DNA of 64,000 nucleotides, from assembly GCF_001194135.2 (NCBI RefSeq), contig NC_068983.1, positions 61,429,920 through 61,493,919 of the forward strand, in the 5' to 3' direction. The notes under the pieces were generated by a model. The model made no database searches, had not been told where the DNA came from, and worked only from the letters and a program-made list of their open reading frames with translations. The translations under genes and the position numbers were made by a program. Of the stretch, positions 61,981 through 64,000 are shown piece by piece. This DNA is from Octopus bimaculoides (taxonomy: Eukaryota). Position 1 is the stretch's first letter. Each line of letters opens with the position of its first letter.

Positions 61981-62869
61981 TTGGTCATATACTGGGGTTA
62001 CTGTGTTTAACTGTTCCCTCTGTCTAAAACTGTGACTCTGTACCAATGTAAGAAATCATTATTGTTATTATCATGGAGGTAGTGAGTTGGCAGAATCATT
62101 AGCATGTTAGACAAAATGTTTAGTGGCATTTCTTCCAGCTTTATGCTTTGCGTTCAAATTCTTCCAAGGTTGACTTTGCTTTTCTTGTTTCCCTCACTTC
62201 CTCTTTCCCCTTTCCTGTTCCAGTGGGCCCCCTTGACCGTTAATGTCACAGCCCTTTCTTTACAGCTCATCTCACCCCCACCCCCGATCTCAAAAATCAT
62301 TTCCTCACTTCATTCCATGTGAAAATCTGCCATCCACCTGGGTTGAGGCCTCAAATGTTGTGATCTCTGTAGAAAGGGAGCCTTGTTCTCTTCCTCTCCT
62401 CCACCTTCATCGTCTGATGAAGTGACAATTCTGCAAACATCCAAGGCATGATGCAATATTCCATCCACATTAGTCATGGCTATAAGAATATCATACCTGA
62501 GTAAATACATCTATTGTGAATCTGTATAGTGTTTCACAACCATGAAATTGAAGTAATGATCACAACAGTGATATTGTGCTTGGAAGAGGTTAAATCTATT
62601 GTAAGGCCATAGAAATGGTTCTTTTAAGAATTATTGTAAGGATGACAGCTGCAATAGTCTTCTCTAGTAAGTCAATTGATGGACCAGGGTGACGCTTACT
62701 GTGGTAACCATAGTGATGTTTACTTCAACATCTCCCATCTCTGATCATAAAGTCCCATTCTTAAATGTTGGTTGAGTGAAGAATTGTATGAGAAAAGTAC
62801 TTTTAGTTAAATGAAATAAGCTAGAAATTAATTAAAAAAATTTATATTGATTAAGCTGTTAGTTATAGT

Positions 62870-63004
<135 letters not shown>

Positions 63005-63766
63005 GTCCCTTGCTGATTTCAATCTCCACCTTTACTACAATGCTTCCCTCTCTTCTGCTTTCTCACTATTTAGCGAAAGAGTGATAGATAGCTAAAGAGA
63101 CAGACAGACAGACAGACAGACAAGTAGGTGGATAGAAAGATAGATAGATAGATAGACTGACAGATAGATAGCTATATAAATACTCAAATACAGAGAGATG
63201 GAGTCACTCTTGGCTCTATCTACTCTTCCTCCCTCTTAATCTTCAGCCTGGTCTATTTTCTGAAAGAAAAAAAAAATAAAGAGAGAGAGAGAGAGAGAAA
63301 GAAAAAAAGAAATTTTCTTCACTCCACTCCTGTTTCTTGCTCATCTCACCATACTACCCCTCACCTTCCTCTATTTGCTCACCATTAGCAGATAAACTAT
63401 AGAGCTATTGATTAACAAGTAGTCATTAAATTTTACCAGATGCTTCATCCTGACTGTTCTGTCTTGATATCACAAGCTATTTTATTATTTCTGCTTCATT
63501 TCTAATGTTAATCTAAAAGATATCATACTTGAATGCAGATTAATAGAACCAAAATTTCAGATGAGCTATCATGTAAAACTCTAGAAACTTGCTGTTTCCC
63601 TTCATCTTCATACTCAGCCACTTTGTTGTCCTCAGAATATTATAGCTAGGGATTTGGATTTTTGTTTCCTTTCTACTGCAGCATATGAATGAGTGTTGTG
63701 TGTTTGTATGAGCTGGTGCGGGTTTTATGCGCAAACATACATCCATGCACATACAAATATATGTAC

Positions 63767-64000
63767 AAAGAGAATGAATGGGAGAAAGAGAGCCTGCCTT
63801 ATGTCGACCCAATAGAGGGACCAGCTATCCGAGTTGATAGTACCAGGGTAGATAAAGCAATTAAGAGTATGAAGACCGGGAAAGCCCCCGGCCCATCAGG
63901 AATCACTGCAGAGATGCTCAAAATATCTGGCAGTGTTGGCTATAGCCTAGTCACCCGTATTACGAACCAGGTGATACACGAAGGAGTCATACCCTATGAC
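63767..64000 (+). pseudogene. RTE LINE ORF segment, open to the window edge, CpG-retaining
   Basis: 78 open codons: KENEWEKESLPYVDPIEGPAIRVDSTRVDKAIKSMKTGKAPGPSGITAEMLKISGSVGYSLVTRITNQVIHEGVIPYD. Confidence 0.93.

Noticed and set aside
62700-62716. gtaaccatagtgat as a second X-box
   Set aside because: The right half-site deviates from consensus and it lies in probable decayed TE.

Overview
AT-rich eukaryotic DNA with many microsatellites and six assembly N-gaps (29466-29632, 35939-36450, 37002-37011, 38418-38427, 56422-56666, 59832-60234). The repeat families look like a cephalopod (Octopus-type) genome; this is inferred from recalled family resemblance, not from a search. I could not identify an intact host protein-coding gene, rRNA, true tRNA or CRISPR array, so the window reads as a large intron or intergenic tract. 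Retroelement relics: RTE LINE pieces (endonuclease, RT, probable 5'UTR, 3' tails), Penelope-like pieces (GIY-YIG, RT, pLTRs with decayed hammerhead ribozymes), CR1/L2 relics and a solo LTR. DNA transposon relics: a complete but dead Buster-type hAT (perfect 8-bp TSD), hAT and piggyBac MITEs, Tc1, mariner, Tigger/pogo, a MULE and a Helitron 3' end. Short repeats fall into four working families, labelled by me: SINE-A (tRNA head, CORE-like segment, central microsatellite), SINE-B (Meta-like), SINE-C ((CAA)n tail) and repeat D. The least ordinary observations are about 16 co-oriented repeat-D copies interleaved with a GT-rich degenerate minisatellite at 11.6-25 kb, SINE-A copies repeatedly split at their central microsatellite, two decayed minimal hammerheads, a CpG-rich 278-bp-period direct repeat, and a perfect RFX X-box in unique sequence. 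Boundaries of decayed repeats were judged by eye and are approximate unless a TSD or TIR is quoted.
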